Shown: piece after piece, positions 10,141-20,333 of the stretch
Layout: each line of letters starts with the position of its first letter
Position numbering within the stretch: position 1 is the first letter of the stretch
Assembly (NCBI GenBank): GCA_965221955.1
Contig: CBDCTA010000002.1
Coordinates: 96,001 to 160,000 of the forward strand
Source: Gammaproteobacteria bacterium
GTDB lineage: Bacteria > Pseudomonadota > Gammaproteobacteria > UBA4575
Reading direction: 5' to 3'
DNA: 64,000 nt
Translations under genes and position numbers: made by a program
Notes under the pieces: model-generated
The model's database searches: none
What the model saw: only the letters and a program-made list of their open reading frames with translations
Told to the model about the DNA's origin: nothing

Positions 10141-10180
10141 CACATGATACGGCGACTTATTCACAGTCGCCGTATATGTG
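10141..10180. other. Intercistronic stem-loop downstream of the binding-protein gene
   Basis: cacat-g-atacggcgact...agtcgccgtat-atgtg inverted repeat, plus a second ttttccatc...gatggaaaa at about 10090-10130. Such hairpins commonly follow ABC binding-protein cistrons. Confidence 0.55.
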
Positions 10181-10197
10181 ATCAAAAAAACACCTTC

Positions 10198-11529
10198 TTA
10201 AAGTACGTTCTTCTTAATTTTTCCATCAGGAGTATGTAGGCCATCTGCTTTACATACACCGCGTTCTGGGTAGATAGACATCGGATCGGGTGGTACATGC
10301 TCATCCGCAGCTTTCACAATTGTAAACTGACCGTCAGCACCACATTGACCAATTTTTGGTTTCAACCAAATGTTGAAGTTATCTGGATCAATCCAAACTT
10401 TACCTTCTGGTGAAACATCATCTTCAACTGTAATGTTGCCTGAAACATCGCGAATCATACGTGGGGTAATTTCTTCAATGTTACCAGTCTCTTTTAATGC
10501 CTTCTCTAAGCCATATTTAAATACATAGAACGACAGATAAGTCTCTTCCATATTATAGTGGGTTACACCGCCACCGCCGTATTTACTAGATAAATAACCG
10601 TCTACAAACTTGTGGTTAGTCGGGTTATCTAATGTTTGGAAATAAGGGGCTGATAAGAAGTGACCTGCACCTGCTTCAGCGCCCATTGCACGGATTTCGA
10701 TTTCACCCGTAGTTAATGCAGCAATTGGCAATTTGTCTGACTTAAAACCTTCTTGTAAGAACTGTTTATGCATAGCGATATCCGAATCACCCACAACAGT
10801 TGAGAAGATAAAGTCTGGCTTTTGTTGGCGAACCTTATTGAAAATTGGAGTGAATTCAGAGCCACCTAGAGGCACGTAGTCTTCACCAACAATTTCGCCG
10901 CCTGCACGTTCTAACCAAACTTTAGCGTTTTTATTTGATTCTTTTGGCCAAATATAGTTTGAGCCAATCAAGTAACACTTCGGTCCAAATTCTTTTGCCA
11001 TGAATGGAATTAAGTCAAACGAGTGTTGATTCGCTAATGGGCCAGTATTAATGATATTTTGCGTGCACTCACGACCTTCATAACAGGTTGGGTAGTAGAA
11101 AAGATGGTCACGTGCCATCACAATTGGCGCTACCGCTCTACGGCTAGCAGAGGTATATCCACCAAATGTTGCAATTACACGATCTTTTAAGATTAGTTGA
11201 CTAATTTTTTCTGAATACACTTTAATATCAGACTTGGCATCAATCACAACGGGCTCAAGCATTTTGCCTGCAACACCACCCGCAGCATTAATTTCGTCAA
11301 TTGCATACAATCCTACTTGCGTAGAATCATTTTCAATTACGGCTAAGTTGCCTGTTTGTGACCAGAGCAATCCAACTTTTATTGTTTTATCACCTTTTTT
11401 AATCCATGGAGCTGCAGCAGTTGCTTTAGGAATGTATAGGGATGGAAATCCCACAGCAGCTGCAGTTGCGCCAACTGCGGATCCTTTTAAGATCGCACGT
11501 CGCTTCTGACTGATAGGCTTATCTTTCAT
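10198..11529 (-). CDS. Amide/urea ABC transporter substrate-binding protein (UrtA/FmdD/AmiC fold), Tat-exported
   Basis: Tat motif KRRAILKG; IKVGLLWSQTG, FGGYTSASRRAV, YYPTCYEG, GSNYIWP; AAGGAGG RBS; heads the permease/ATPase operon. Confidence 0.9.
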   Translation of the reverse strand: MKDKPISQKRRAILKGSAVGATAAAVGFPSLYIPKATAAAPWIKKGDKTIKVGLLWSQTGNLAVIENDSTQVGLYAIDEINAAGGVAGKMLEPVVIDAKSDIKVYSEKISQLILKDRVIATFGGYTSASRRAVAPIVMARDHLFYYPTCYEGRECTQNIINTGPLANQHSFDLIPFMAKEFGPKCYLIGSNYIWPKESNKNAKVWLERAGGEIVGEDYVPLGGSEFTPIFNKVRQQKPDFIFSTVVGDSDIAMHKQFLQEGFKSDKLPIAALTTGEIEIRAMGAEAGAGHFLSAPYFQTLDNPTNHKFVDGYLSSKYGGGGVTHYNMEETYLSFYVFKYGLEKALKETGNIEEITPRMIRDVSGNITVEDDVSPEGKVWIDPDNFNIWLKPKIGQCGADGQFTIVKAADEHVPPDPMSIYPERGVCKADGLHTPDGKIKKNVL

Positions 11530-11660
11530 AAATCCTCCTTACATTGAGACGGTTGAGCTGTGCAGCGAGCCAAGTTTTTCTGGTAGATTCAATGGTTTTG
11601 ACATAGCCTTTGCCAATCTCAAGATTGCATAATGTAGATTATTAAATTATTTTTGGCGTT

Positions 11661-11755
11661 GTAGTTACTATTTACTACATATGGCCATAAGTATATATAC
11701 TTATGGGCTATAGTGAATCATATGCAGGTCATTAGGTCAATAAATACTAGCTTAA
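11661..11755 (-). promoter_or_regulatory. Promoter/operator box upstream of the ABC transporter operon (copy 2)
   Basis: catATGGCCATAAG (11678-11691) and CTTATGGgCtatAG (11700-11713), then tgaatcatat...ggtcaata...gcttaa as at 6131-6185. Confidence 0.7.
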
Positions 11756-12033
11756 GTATCGAATATAATGGCTAGAAACTCTGTTATATAGATTTAAGGT
11801 TAAACCTTGGAAATACAGCATTCATTTAAATGGCAAAAAGCATCTTAATTTTGATTGATAAAGCTGACAAAAAATATTAATTTTTCAATTACTTGAGAAA
11901 TTTATTGCATTCTAATTCTTTGCTCTTTATCTTGGTCAATATCGTGTATTTAGCAGATTGTAATAGTTTAGAAGTACAAGTAAGTCTATTGATTGAAGGT
12001 TAATAAATGAACAAAACGTTGGCACACATATAG

Positions 12034-12726
12034 ATGAATATAGATTCTTCAATTTTTAGAATTGTAATTGCAGATGATCATGCATTGGTTCGTGGAGGTC
12101 TCGTTCAGCTCGTGAAGTTAGTTGAAGAGAATGTAGAAATCATTGAAACCAATGATTTTGAGCAAACATTAGAATATCTAAGTAAAGGGGATGCGGTTGA
12201 CTTGTTACTGATGGATCTTTTAATGCCGGGGATGAATGGGATGGATGGTATTAAACAAATTTGTAAAGACTGGCCAGATGTGCCTGTCATAGTTGTATCG
12301 GTACGAGAGAATATTGCAGCCATTCGCAATGCATTAGCAGCAGGTGCAATGGGTTATATTCCTAAAACTTCATCTCCAGACGTAATGATGAGTGCCATTA
12401 AATTAGTTTTATCTGGTGGTGTGTATGTTCCTCCACATGTTTTGGGTGCGAACTCGTTACAAGAGGAGCAAAATCTAGTGCAAGGTGGATTGAAAGATTC
12501 TTCTAAAACTTCTTCACATGGGCAAGGTGTTGCACAGCTTACACAACGGCAGTTAGAAGTATTAGATCTTATGGCATTAGGTAAACAGAATAGAGATATT
12601 GCAAATGATCTTGGATTAAATGTTGGTACAGTAAAAATGCATTCATCAAGAATTTTTAAAACCTTAAACGTGCAAAACCGTACAGAAGCTGTCGCAATGT
12701 ACACACAATCAAAAAGGGATAGTTAA
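12034..12726 (+). CDS. NarL/LuxR-family two-component response regulator
   Basis: REC domain (IADDH, MDLLMPG, GYIPK) plus LuxR HTH (LTQRQLEVL...G..NRDIA..L.....GTVKMH). Confidence 0.93.
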   Translation: MNIDSSIFRIVIADDHALVRGGLVQLVKLVEENVEIIETNDFEQTLEYLSKGDAVDLLLMDLLMPGMNGMDGIKQICKDWPDVPVIVVSVRENIAAIRNALAAGAMGYIPKTSSPDVMMSAIKLVLSGGVYVPPHVLGANSLQEEQNLVQGGLKDSSKTSSHGQGVAQLTQRQLEVLDLMALGKQNRDIANDLGLNVGTVKMHSSRIFKTLNVQNRTEAVAMYTQSKRDS

Positions 12727-12786
12727 AATCAATAAATCTAAGCTAGATGTAGTCTGATTTTATATAATTTTTGATTTTACCTATAT

Positions 12787-14862
12787 TTATGAGACCGAAA
12801 CTTTTAGTTGATTTGTAAACTGTGAATTTTCTTCAGACTCTATTATCAAGTGAGAGATTAATGCTCTTAATTTAGCAGGATGGACTGGTTTAGATAATAC
12901 ACGGTATCCATGATCCGCAATTTTTCGCACTTCACTTGTATCAGCTTCTCCGGTGATAATAAACGCAGGAACGAGATAGCCGAGTTTTTTAATTACATTG
13001 CTTATCGCTTGTACACCATTGACGCTTCCTGGCAAACGATAATCTGCAATTATTAGGTCGGGTATATTATATGGATCAAACATTAAGTACTCGGCTTCTT
13101 GAGCTGATTTTGCACAAGTTACCTTGCATTCCCAAGATTCAAGAAGATGTGTAGTTGCATCCAAAACCATAGCATCATCTTCGATAAGTAATATGGATGT
13201 ATTACTTAAATCAAAAAAACTAGTTTCAAATGGTCGTGATTCGACATTATCTGCAGGTTTTTCACCCAATTCTACGATTACAGCAAATCGTGATCCCTTA
13301 TTTACTTTTGAAGAATGTTCTATTTGATGGTCTAAACAAATTGAAAGTCTTCGTACAATAGCTAAACCAAGACCTAACCCTTTACCTCGATCTCGCTCTT
13401 TATTATCAAGCTGATGGAAATCATCAAAGATTGCTTCCCGTTGATGTTTTGGAATACCAGGGCCTGTGTCTAAAATCTCTATTGAGAGTTTTCCTATTCT
13501 TCGTCTGCATCCTAATAACACACGTCCAGAATTGGTATAACGGATAGCGTTTGCTACAAAATTACCAATGATTTGTTCTAATAAAACTGGGTCACTTCGC
13601 ACATAAGCAGAAGAGGGAATGATATGTAAAGCAATTCCCTTGCGGTATGACATTGGTCGAAAGCCACGTGCTACTCTGTGTAAAATTTCTTGAACTGGAA
13701 AGTCTTCGATTTGAGGTTGCACTGCTCCTGCTTCAAGCTGAGATACATCGAGAATTGCATTTAATAACCGACCCGTTGAAATCGAGACTGCATCAATATC
13801 AGATACAATTTTAAGGGTATCTTTGTCTTTGACTTTTTGTTGTAGTGCTGTGATATACATTTGCATAGCATGCAATGGTTGTCGTAAATCGTGACTTGCT
13901 GCTGCTAAGAATTGTGACTTTGCACGGTTTGCTTTTTCGGCATCTTCTTTTGCATCCCGAAGATCTCTATCTTGAGCACTTAAATCGTGCTTTAACTTAT
14001 TAAAACTCCTACTCACCATACCAAGCTCGTCCCCGCGAGACATTAATTCTTTTTCCATTGCGGAATCTTCAACGTTGTGAAGAGCACTAATAGAGTTAAT
14101 GGTGTCAGTTAAGGCATGCAATGGATTAGAAATATTTCTTTTCACCACATAGTAAAAAATGGTAATTACAATACATATAGTTATTATTGAGGCAAGCACG
14201 GTGAAGCTTGAGGCAGTGCTTTCAACACGATCTGCATAATTGACTGATGCATCGTTAAGATTACTTAGTTCGCCAACAAGCGTATCCAATTCAGTGATGA
14301 GTGTTTTTTCACTGGCTTCGACATCGGATACCATTTCCATGCCCATTAAAAAAGAGCCATCTTCTACATGACGGAATATTTTTTCAGCACGAACATTATG
14401 AATACGACTTGCATGTCTAAGGCTAGAGAGTTGGCGTAATAAGTTTTGACTATATTCTTTGATTAAATTATTTTCAGCATTATTAAGAGAAACTGCTTTA
14501 GTAATTAGTTTGTCGGCCCAAGCAATCTCTTCATTGATACTGCTATAATCTTCTTGGTATCGTCCTCGTGCGGCAATATAAGCTTCTTCAGCTTCTTTGT
14601 CGTAAACCACTCGATCACCAACAAATATAATATCTTTTAAATTTAATCTACTGTCTTGTATTTGATGACGTATTGATTCTGATGAATTAAATAATGGTAA
14701 ATATAGATCAGACATTTGCTTAACTACATTACCTACAGAGCTAATTTGTGATAGAGCTATTGTAGTAACAACAGAGTACGAAATAATCTCAAGAAAAATA
14801 ATGGATAGAATTTTTTGTCCAACAGACATTCTATTTATTATGTTTTTTAGATTATTTTTCAT
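12787..14862 (-). CDS. Membrane-bound hybrid sensor histidine kinase (periplasmic helical domain-HAMP-HisKA-HATPase-REC)
   Basis: Two TMs, HAMP (NPL...DELG...FN), H-box ASHDLRQPL, N/G boxes (NAIRYT, DTGPGI, GLGLGL), C-terminal receiver (IEDD, ADYRL). Confidence 0.92.
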   Translation of the reverse strand: MKNNLKNIINRMSVGQKILSIIFLEIISYSVVTTIALSQISSVGNVVKQMSDLYLPLFNSSESIRHQIQDSRLNLKDIIFVGDRVVYDKEAEEAYIAARGRYQEDYSSINEEIAWADKLITKAVSLNNAENNLIKEYSQNLLRQLSSLRHASRIHNVRAEKIFRHVEDGSFLMGMEMVSDVEASEKTLITELDTLVGELSNLNDASVNYADRVESTASSFTVLASIITICIVITIFYYVVKRNISNPLHALTDTINSISALHNVEDSAMEKELMSRGDELGMVSRSFNKLKHDLSAQDRDLRDAKEDAEKANRAKSQFLAAASHDLRQPLHAMQMYITALQQKVKDKDTLKIVSDIDAVSISTGRLLNAILDVSQLEAGAVQPQIEDFPVQEILHRVARGFRPMSYRKGIALHIIPSSAYVRSDPVLLEQIIGNFVANAIRYTNSGRVLLGCRRRIGKLSIEILDTGPGIPKHQREAIFDDFHQLDNKERDRGKGLGLGLAIVRRLSICLDHQIEHSSKVNKGSRFAVIVELGEKPADNVESRPFETSFFDLSNTSILLIEDDAMVLDATTHLLESWECKVTCAKSAQEAEYLMFDPYNIPDLIIADYRLPGSVNGVQAISNVIKKLGYLVPAFIITGEADTSEVRKIADHGYRVLSKPVHPAKLRALISHLIIESEENSQFTNQLKVSVS

Positions 14863-14908
14863 GCGCCAGTCAAATTAATAAAAGTTATAAATGATTTTGA
14901 AAAGTTAA

Positions 14909-16216
14909 TTAGGATGCTGCTTTAACCAATTTGCCACTTGGTAAATGTAAACCTATACTCGTGCATTCGCCTCGTTGAGGATAGAGTATGTACGGATTGG
15001 GCGGTATTGCTTGATCTTGTTGGAATAATAACTCTACTTGTCCTTGTGCATTAAACATTCCAATTTTAGGGGTTAGCCAGCTATTAAAATTACTTGGGTC
15101 AATTCTAACAGCGCCTTCAGGAGACTCTTGCGCTGTTAATGATAAGCCTGCTGAGTATTGTCGTACCATAGTAGGATTAATTGCTGATTCGCCTTCGTTA
15201 GCAACAATGTTCTCGATGGCTTTCTTGAAATATAGAAATGTTAAGTATGTTTCTTCCATGTTGTAATGCGTAACACCACTTTCTCCATAAAAACTTCCAA
15301 GAAATTCTTCTACAAATTTACGATTAGTTTCATTCTCTAAGCTTTGAAAATAAGGTGCCGAAAGTATATGGCCTTCTCCATATTCCAAACCCATGAGTTT
15401 TACTTCCATTTCTGATGTTGTTAAGGATGCGGTGGGCAACTTATCAGGACTGAATCCTTCTTTAAAATATTCTTTTCTAAAATAAATATCGGAGTCACCA
15501 ACTACAGTAGAAAAAATCCAATCAGGCTGTAGTTGTTTTATTTTCTTAAATATGTGATCAAATTTACCATGACCAAGCGGTACGTATGATTCGCCCACTA
15601 TTTTACCACCAGTGTTATTAAGCCAACGTTGAGCATTACGATTTGATTCTTTTGGCCAAACATAGTTGGAGCCGATAAAATATGCTCTAGGACCAAAATT
15701 ATTTACCATAAATGGAATTAGATCATAAGAGTGTTGATTAGCTATGGGGCCAGTACAGATAATATGTTGCCAACATTCTCTACCTTCATAACAAGTTGGA
15801 TAATAAAATAATCCATTATTCAAAGTGACTAATGGCATCACGGCACGTCGACTTGCAGATGTATATCCACCAAATGTTGCCAATACATTTTCATTTAACA
15901 TTAAGTGTTGAATGCCTTCACGGTAGGTTTTCATGTCAGATTTTGCGTCAATTACGATTGGTTCGATTTGAAAACCAGCAACGCCACCATTTTTATTAAC
16001 TTTATCAACCCAGTACAAACCAACATCTCGGGAAGGTTTTTCAATGACACTAAGATGACCGCTTAAAGACCAAAGTAAACCAATTTTTATGGTGCCTTGT
16101 TTTGTAATCCAAGGTGAGAGTGGCTTTGCGCTAGTTAATTTTGATATAGGTGTTAATGCTGATAGCGAAGCCACAGCACATGATCCTTTTAGTAGGTTTC
16201 GACGGTTTATAGCCAT
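14909..16216 (-). CDS. Second Tat-exported AmiC/UrtA-fold amide-binding protein, directly upstream of the kinase
   Basis: NRRNLLKG Tat motif; many blocks identical to 10198..11529 (ATFGGYTSASRRAV, FYYPTCYEGREC, GVTHYNMEETYL); no permease genes adjacent. Confidence 0.88.
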   Translation of the reverse strand: MAINRRNLLKGSCAVASLSALTPISKLTSAKPLSPWITKQGTIKIGLLWSLSGHLSVIEKPSRDVGLYWVDKVNKNGGVAGFQIEPIVIDAKSDMKTYREGIQHLMLNENVLATFGGYTSASRRAVMPLVTLNNGLFYYPTCYEGRECWQHIICTGPIANQHSYDLIPFMVNNFGPRAYFIGSNYVWPKESNRNAQRWLNNTGGKIVGESYVPLGHGKFDHIFKKIKQLQPDWIFSTVVGDSDIYFRKEYFKEGFSPDKLPTASLTTSEMEVKLMGLEYGEGHILSAPYFQSLENETNRKFVEEFLGSFYGESGVTHYNMEETYLTFLYFKKAIENIVANEGESAINPTMVRQYSAGLSLTAQESPEGAVRIDPSNFNSWLTPKIGMFNAQGQVELLFQQDQAIPPNPYILYPQRGECTSIGLHLPSGKLVKAAS

Positions 16217-16359
16217 AGATTAAAACTACCAGGCAAGTTTATGAATAACAAAATATTAATTCATTAATTGCAAGGATGTATACCTATAAAATAAATGGTT
16301 AATTAAATGGTGTAGCCTACTATATATAGGTCGTTATAGACTGCATTAATTCATGGAAT

Positions 16360-17088
16360 TTAGACTTCTGGGGCAAATGCGGCTAATGCAGAGTGTCCTA
16401 TAATTTGACCATTAAATTCTTGCATGGCTTCAAGCACGCAATCCCAACAATATTCTGCTGAAGCACTTTCAACTAGTACTAAATAATTAGTTAATGCATT
16501 GAGATCATTGCGAATAATTATTGCACTGATGCGTGCCAGAGAAGTTTGTGCGACCATATTATTTCCAAACTTATTAGTGCGTAAATCAATTGCGCATAGT
16601 TTTGAAAACATATCTGGTGTGAAAATTCCGGAAATCGAAAAACACGCATGACTTTCTTGGCGTGGCATGATAAACCCGCATGCTTCAGTACTTTGCGTGA
16701 AATCCTGATGCCATGTGTCTTCAAGTGTACTCGGTACATTTGTTTCATGTTTAATGTTGTCTAAAATCAAAATATCGTTACTTCCAAGTCTTGCGATTAC
16801 ACAGCCATTCGAATCATTAAAGGAAGTATTTATGTTTGCTGGAATTTGGATATTATTTTTTATTAGCCAGTCGCACGTACCAAAGCCTTTGAAGCCAATT
16901 CTTTGTATATAGCTTAAATCACTTAGAGCTAAATTATTTGCAAAGTTAATCTCTTCCTTTGGGTCTGTTATGGAAGAAACGACAGCATAATTGTTCCTTT
17001 CTGACCAAGTGATTTCTGGCTCGTCAAACTTTCGATATTGAAAACTACGTCGTGGATATTGAGTAGGACTTATTACAGAATCATTCAT
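16360..17088 (-). CDS. mgdD: N-methylglutamate dehydrogenase gamma-like subunit (SoxG-like)
   Basis: DLSxxxRIGFKG and FSKLCAIDLR; last gene of the soxBDAG-like set next to gmaS/mgs. Confidence 0.8.
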   Translation of the reverse strand: MNDSVISPTQYPRRSFQYRKFDEPEITWSERNNYAVVSSITDPKEEINFANNLALSDLSYIQRIGFKGFGTCDWLIKNNIQIPANINTSFNDSNGCVIARLGSNDILILDNIKHETNVPSTLEDTWHQDFTQSTEACGFIMPRQESHACFSISGIFTPDMFSKLCAIDLRTNKFGNNMVAQTSLARISAIIIRNDLNALTNYLVLVESASAEYCWDCVLEAMQEFNGQIIGHSALAAFAPEV

Positions 17089-17093
17089 AGTTG

Positions 17094-20000
17094 CTACATT
17101 TCTTGGCGTTTATTCTCAGGGTCGTAAAAAGGAACACTGCATACTGTTGCAGTTATAATTTCACCATTAGTAAGTTTAATATCAATTTTAGAATTTTCTT
17201 CTGATTCATCTGGCAAGACAAATGCCAAGCCAATAATCTTGTTCAGGCTAGGTGAGTGCGAAACAGATGTAACACGACCTGCAATTTCATTGTTTTTTAT
17301 CACCAAATTACACTCTTGCGGCATTGGTGAATCGGATGAAAGAGTAAATCCCACTAATTGGCGACTAAGAGGTCGATTATTTATTACTTCAATTGCACGT
17401 TTCCCTTGGAAGAAAATTTTTTTCTTAGCAATGGCCCAACCCATATTGGCTTCTTGTGGGATGGTTAGGCCATCTGTATCTTGGCCAACAATTATATGGC
17501 CTTTTTCAAGACGTAGAAGTCGCTGTGCTTCTACACCGAAAGGACAGATATCAAATTTTTCGCCTGCCTTCATAAGTGAATCCCATAATGCCTCTCCTTG
17601 ACTGGTTGGTACATGAATTTCATAACCTAATTCACCGACGAATCCGACTCGCAGTAAACGTGCCGGAATATTAGCAATACGTCCAGTTCGAACTTCCATA
17701 TACGGAAACTGTTGCGCACCCAGCTGAATATCATCCGTTAAGCTGGCCAAAACTTCACGAGAATTGGGTCCTGCCAAATTTACTGCAGCATATGCTGAAG
17801 TTACATTAGCAATGTCAACATTCAGATTCCATTCGCAATTCCAACGCAACATATTACGATAAACACCATCTACACCTCCGGTAGTTGCGGTTACATAAAA
17901 CTGCTGCTCATCCATGCGGCATGCAACACCATCATCGATAATTGCTCCAGTAGAATCAGTCATTAATACATAACGTGAACGATTGATAGGTTGCTTTGTA
18001 TAGGCAAAGGTATACATACGGTTCAAAAACTCTGCAGCATCAGGGCCGCGAATTTCTAATTTTCCTAAGGTCGAAACATCTACAATCCCTACGTTATTTC
18101 TTACTGCTAAATTTTCATTTTTTATACTTCCCGCTTTATTTTCTTGAACTCCATAATATGCTGGTCGCAACCATAAACCTGCAGGCATCATTTGAGCATT
18201 ACATTCTAAGTGACGGTGATGTAACGCTGTATGTTTAACAGGTTGATAAGCTTTTCCTGCAAGGTGTTGAACGTATTCTGGTGAAAAAGGTGGTCTTTGT
18301 GTTGTAAGGGTCACACTTTTTAATGAACGTTTTGCTTGTTTTGTTACTAAACGCATATTATTAAGTGCAGAAAATTTTCCTTGTGATGGCCCCATTACTA
18401 CAGTGGAGTAACGTTTCACTAATTCTAAATCATCGTAACCATCTTTAACGGCGTTAATGATGTCTTTAATTTGTAAGTCTTCATCATAGTCGATGAATTC
18501 TTTACCTTTTGGGTGAGGAAATATAGGCCAAGGGTAGTTTTGCTCGCTTACAAGAGTATCTTTAGTTACTTTAGGTGGCTCTTTGCTAGACAATCCAGCT
18601 TTTTTTGCAGCACTCCATCCAGCATATTTGCCATCAGTTAAAACTGCATCCAGATCAAATACAGAATTTAAAGAACCTGTGATTACAGATTGTCCATGAG
18701 TGGGAAGTTGTTTGACTTTTAATATTGCATCAGTCTCATCATATTCTAATAGACCTCCAGAGTGACAAAGTATTTGTGCTGCTGGAGAATATCCGGTACA
18801 CATGCAAACGACATCACAATCGAATGTTCTTGGCTTTCCTGATGTAGTACCTTCGCTTGTAATTTTGTCAACGATTGCGTGTGTAATGCTGCGTTTTCCT
18901 GCTCCTGGAATTACTTCATAAACAGTAGACCCATATAGTATTTGAACTTTATTGTTTTTAATAGCTGCGGCAAGCGGAGATAGTTTTGGTTCTGTGCGCA
19001 TTTCTACTAGAGCCGATACACTAATGCCATTTTCTATTAAATCAAGTGCTACACCATAGCCATCGTCATTTGCTGTGAGTACAATCGCACGTGAGCCAGG
19101 AGCAACCCCATATAAATTAATTAAACGTTGTGCAGCAGAACCAAGCATTACACCTGGTAAGTCGTTATTTCGAAATACTGCAGGTTGTTCAATTGAACCC
19201 ATTGCGGCTATAACAGTATTTGCACGGATTTTTAACATTCGATTTTCACACATTACGGCAAGCCAATTATCTGCAAACCAACCGGTGCACTGAGAGTTTA
19301 TGTGTGTAGTTATTAGGGAATGTTTGGATGCAGCAGAAACAAGTTTTTCTCTTAAAGATATGGTTAAACTTTTGTCAACATTAAATCTCGCATAATTTAA
19401 TGACCCACCTAACAGAGGATTTTCATCAATCAGAATTACTTCAGCCCCAGCATCTGCAGCTTGCAATGCAGCGGTCAATCCTGCAGGCCCAGCCCCTATA
19501 ACAGCAACATCGCAAAACCGATATGCTTTATCACTTTTGTAAGGTTTGGCGTTTACATCTACTTTTCCTAATCCAGCAAAATTACGAATTACTGAATCCC
19601 AATATTTCCAAACACCTTTAGGTTTATAAAAAGCTTTGTAATAAAACCCAACAGGTAAAAAACGGCTAAAGAGTTCTACAACTCTACCCCAATCATTTCT
19701 TAGAGTTCCAAATACATTTTGAGCTTGTACGGTTAATCCTTTCGATAGGGGAGTGGTATCTGCTCGCACACTGGGTTCATCATTAATTTGAACTAATGTA
19801 TTGGCATCACGACCTGCCATACTTAAAATCCCACGTGGACGATGGTATTTAAATGAACGAGAGAGTAATAGTGTGTTGTGCGCTGCTAATGCGCTCGCTA
19901 TAGTATCTCCCTGGAAACCTTTATAGGTTTTACCATTAAATGTAAAAGATATCGTTTTGCTACGATCAAGATATAAGCCTTTTGGTTCAAGTAAGCGCAT
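17094..20000 (-). CDS. mgdC: N-methylglutamate dehydrogenase large subunit (SoxA-like; NAD-binding and GcvT domains)
   Basis: GDTIASALAA, RSFKYHRPRG, GAGPAG, GFVGELGYEI, RLEKGH. Confidence 0.88.
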   Translation of the reverse strand: MRLLEPKGLYLDRSKTISFTFNGKTYKGFQGDTIASALAAHNTLLLSRSFKYHRPRGILSMAGRDANTLVQINDEPSVRADTTPLSKGLTVQAQNVFGTLRNDWGRVVELFSRFLPVGFYYKAFYKPKGVWKYWDSVIRNFAGLGKVDVNAKPYKSDKAYRFCDVAVIGAGPAGLTAALQAADAGAEVILIDENPLLGGSLNYARFNVDKSLTISLREKLVSAASKHSLITTHINSQCTGWFADNWLAVMCENRMLKIRANTVIAAMGSIEQPAVFRNNDLPGVMLGSAAQRLINLYGVAPGSRAIVLTANDDGYGVALDLIENGISVSALVEMRTEPKLSPLAAAIKNNKVQILYGSTVYEVIPGAGKRSITHAIVDKITSEGTTSGKPRTFDCDVVCMCTGYSPAAQILCHSGGLLEYDETDAILKVKQLPTHGQSVITGSLNSVFDLDAVLTDGKYAGWSAAKKAGLSSKEPPKVTKDTLVSEQNYPWPIFPHPKGKEFIDYDEDLQIKDIINAVKDGYDDLELVKRYSTVVMGPSQGKFSALNNMRLVTKQAKRSLKSVTLTTQRPPFSPEYVQHLAGKAYQPVKHTALHHRHLECNAQMMPAGLWLRPAYYGVQENKAGSIKNENLAVRNNVGIVDVSTLGKLEIRGPDAAEFLNRMYTFAYTKQPINRSRYVLMTDSTGAIIDDGVACRMDEQQFYVTATTGGVDGVYRNMLRWNCEWNLNVDIANVTSAYAAVNLAGPNSREVLASLTDDIQLGAQQFPYMEVRTGRIANIPARLLRVGFVGELGYEIHVPTSQGEALWDSLMKAGEKFDICPFGVEAQRLLRLEKGHIIVGQDTDGLTIPQEANMGWAIAKKKIFFQGKRAIEVINNRPLSRQLVGFTLSSDSPMPQECNLVIKNNEIAGRVTSVSHSPSLNKIIGLAFVLPDESEENSKIDIKLTNGEIITATVCSVPFYDPENKRQEM

Positions 20001-20023
20001 AATAAGATTGTTAATAAATTCGA

Positions 20024-20311
20024 CTACTCAGTTTTTTTAAACGCAACTCTCTGCATATATAATTCATGTGCAGGATAGGTTTTAATAATTTCTTCGGTCA
20101 CTGTATTACGTTCAGCGATGAACCAATAAGATGTGGGAACATGCATCCACCATTCACGTACAACACCTTTAGTATTATTTTCCATGAACAAATATTCAGC
20201 CCATTCGCGATCTGTTCCATTAACTGGATCTGGTATTGATTTTACTTCTCCACCACAAATAAATTCGGAGATGTTACGTAAACCATTCAATGGACAGGGC
20301 ATTAATTTCAT
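20024..20311 (-). CDS. mgdB: N-methylglutamate dehydrogenase small subunit (SoxD-like)
   Basis: MKLMPCPLNGLRNISEF...EWWMH...ERNT. Confidence 0.85.
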   Translation of the reverse strand: MKLMPCPLNGLRNISEFICGGEVKSIPDPVNGTDREWAEYLFMENNTKGVVREWWMHVPTSYWFIAERNTVTEEIIKTYPAHELYMQRVAFKKTE

Positions 20312-20333
20312 CGTAATAGAATTTTTTTAAATA

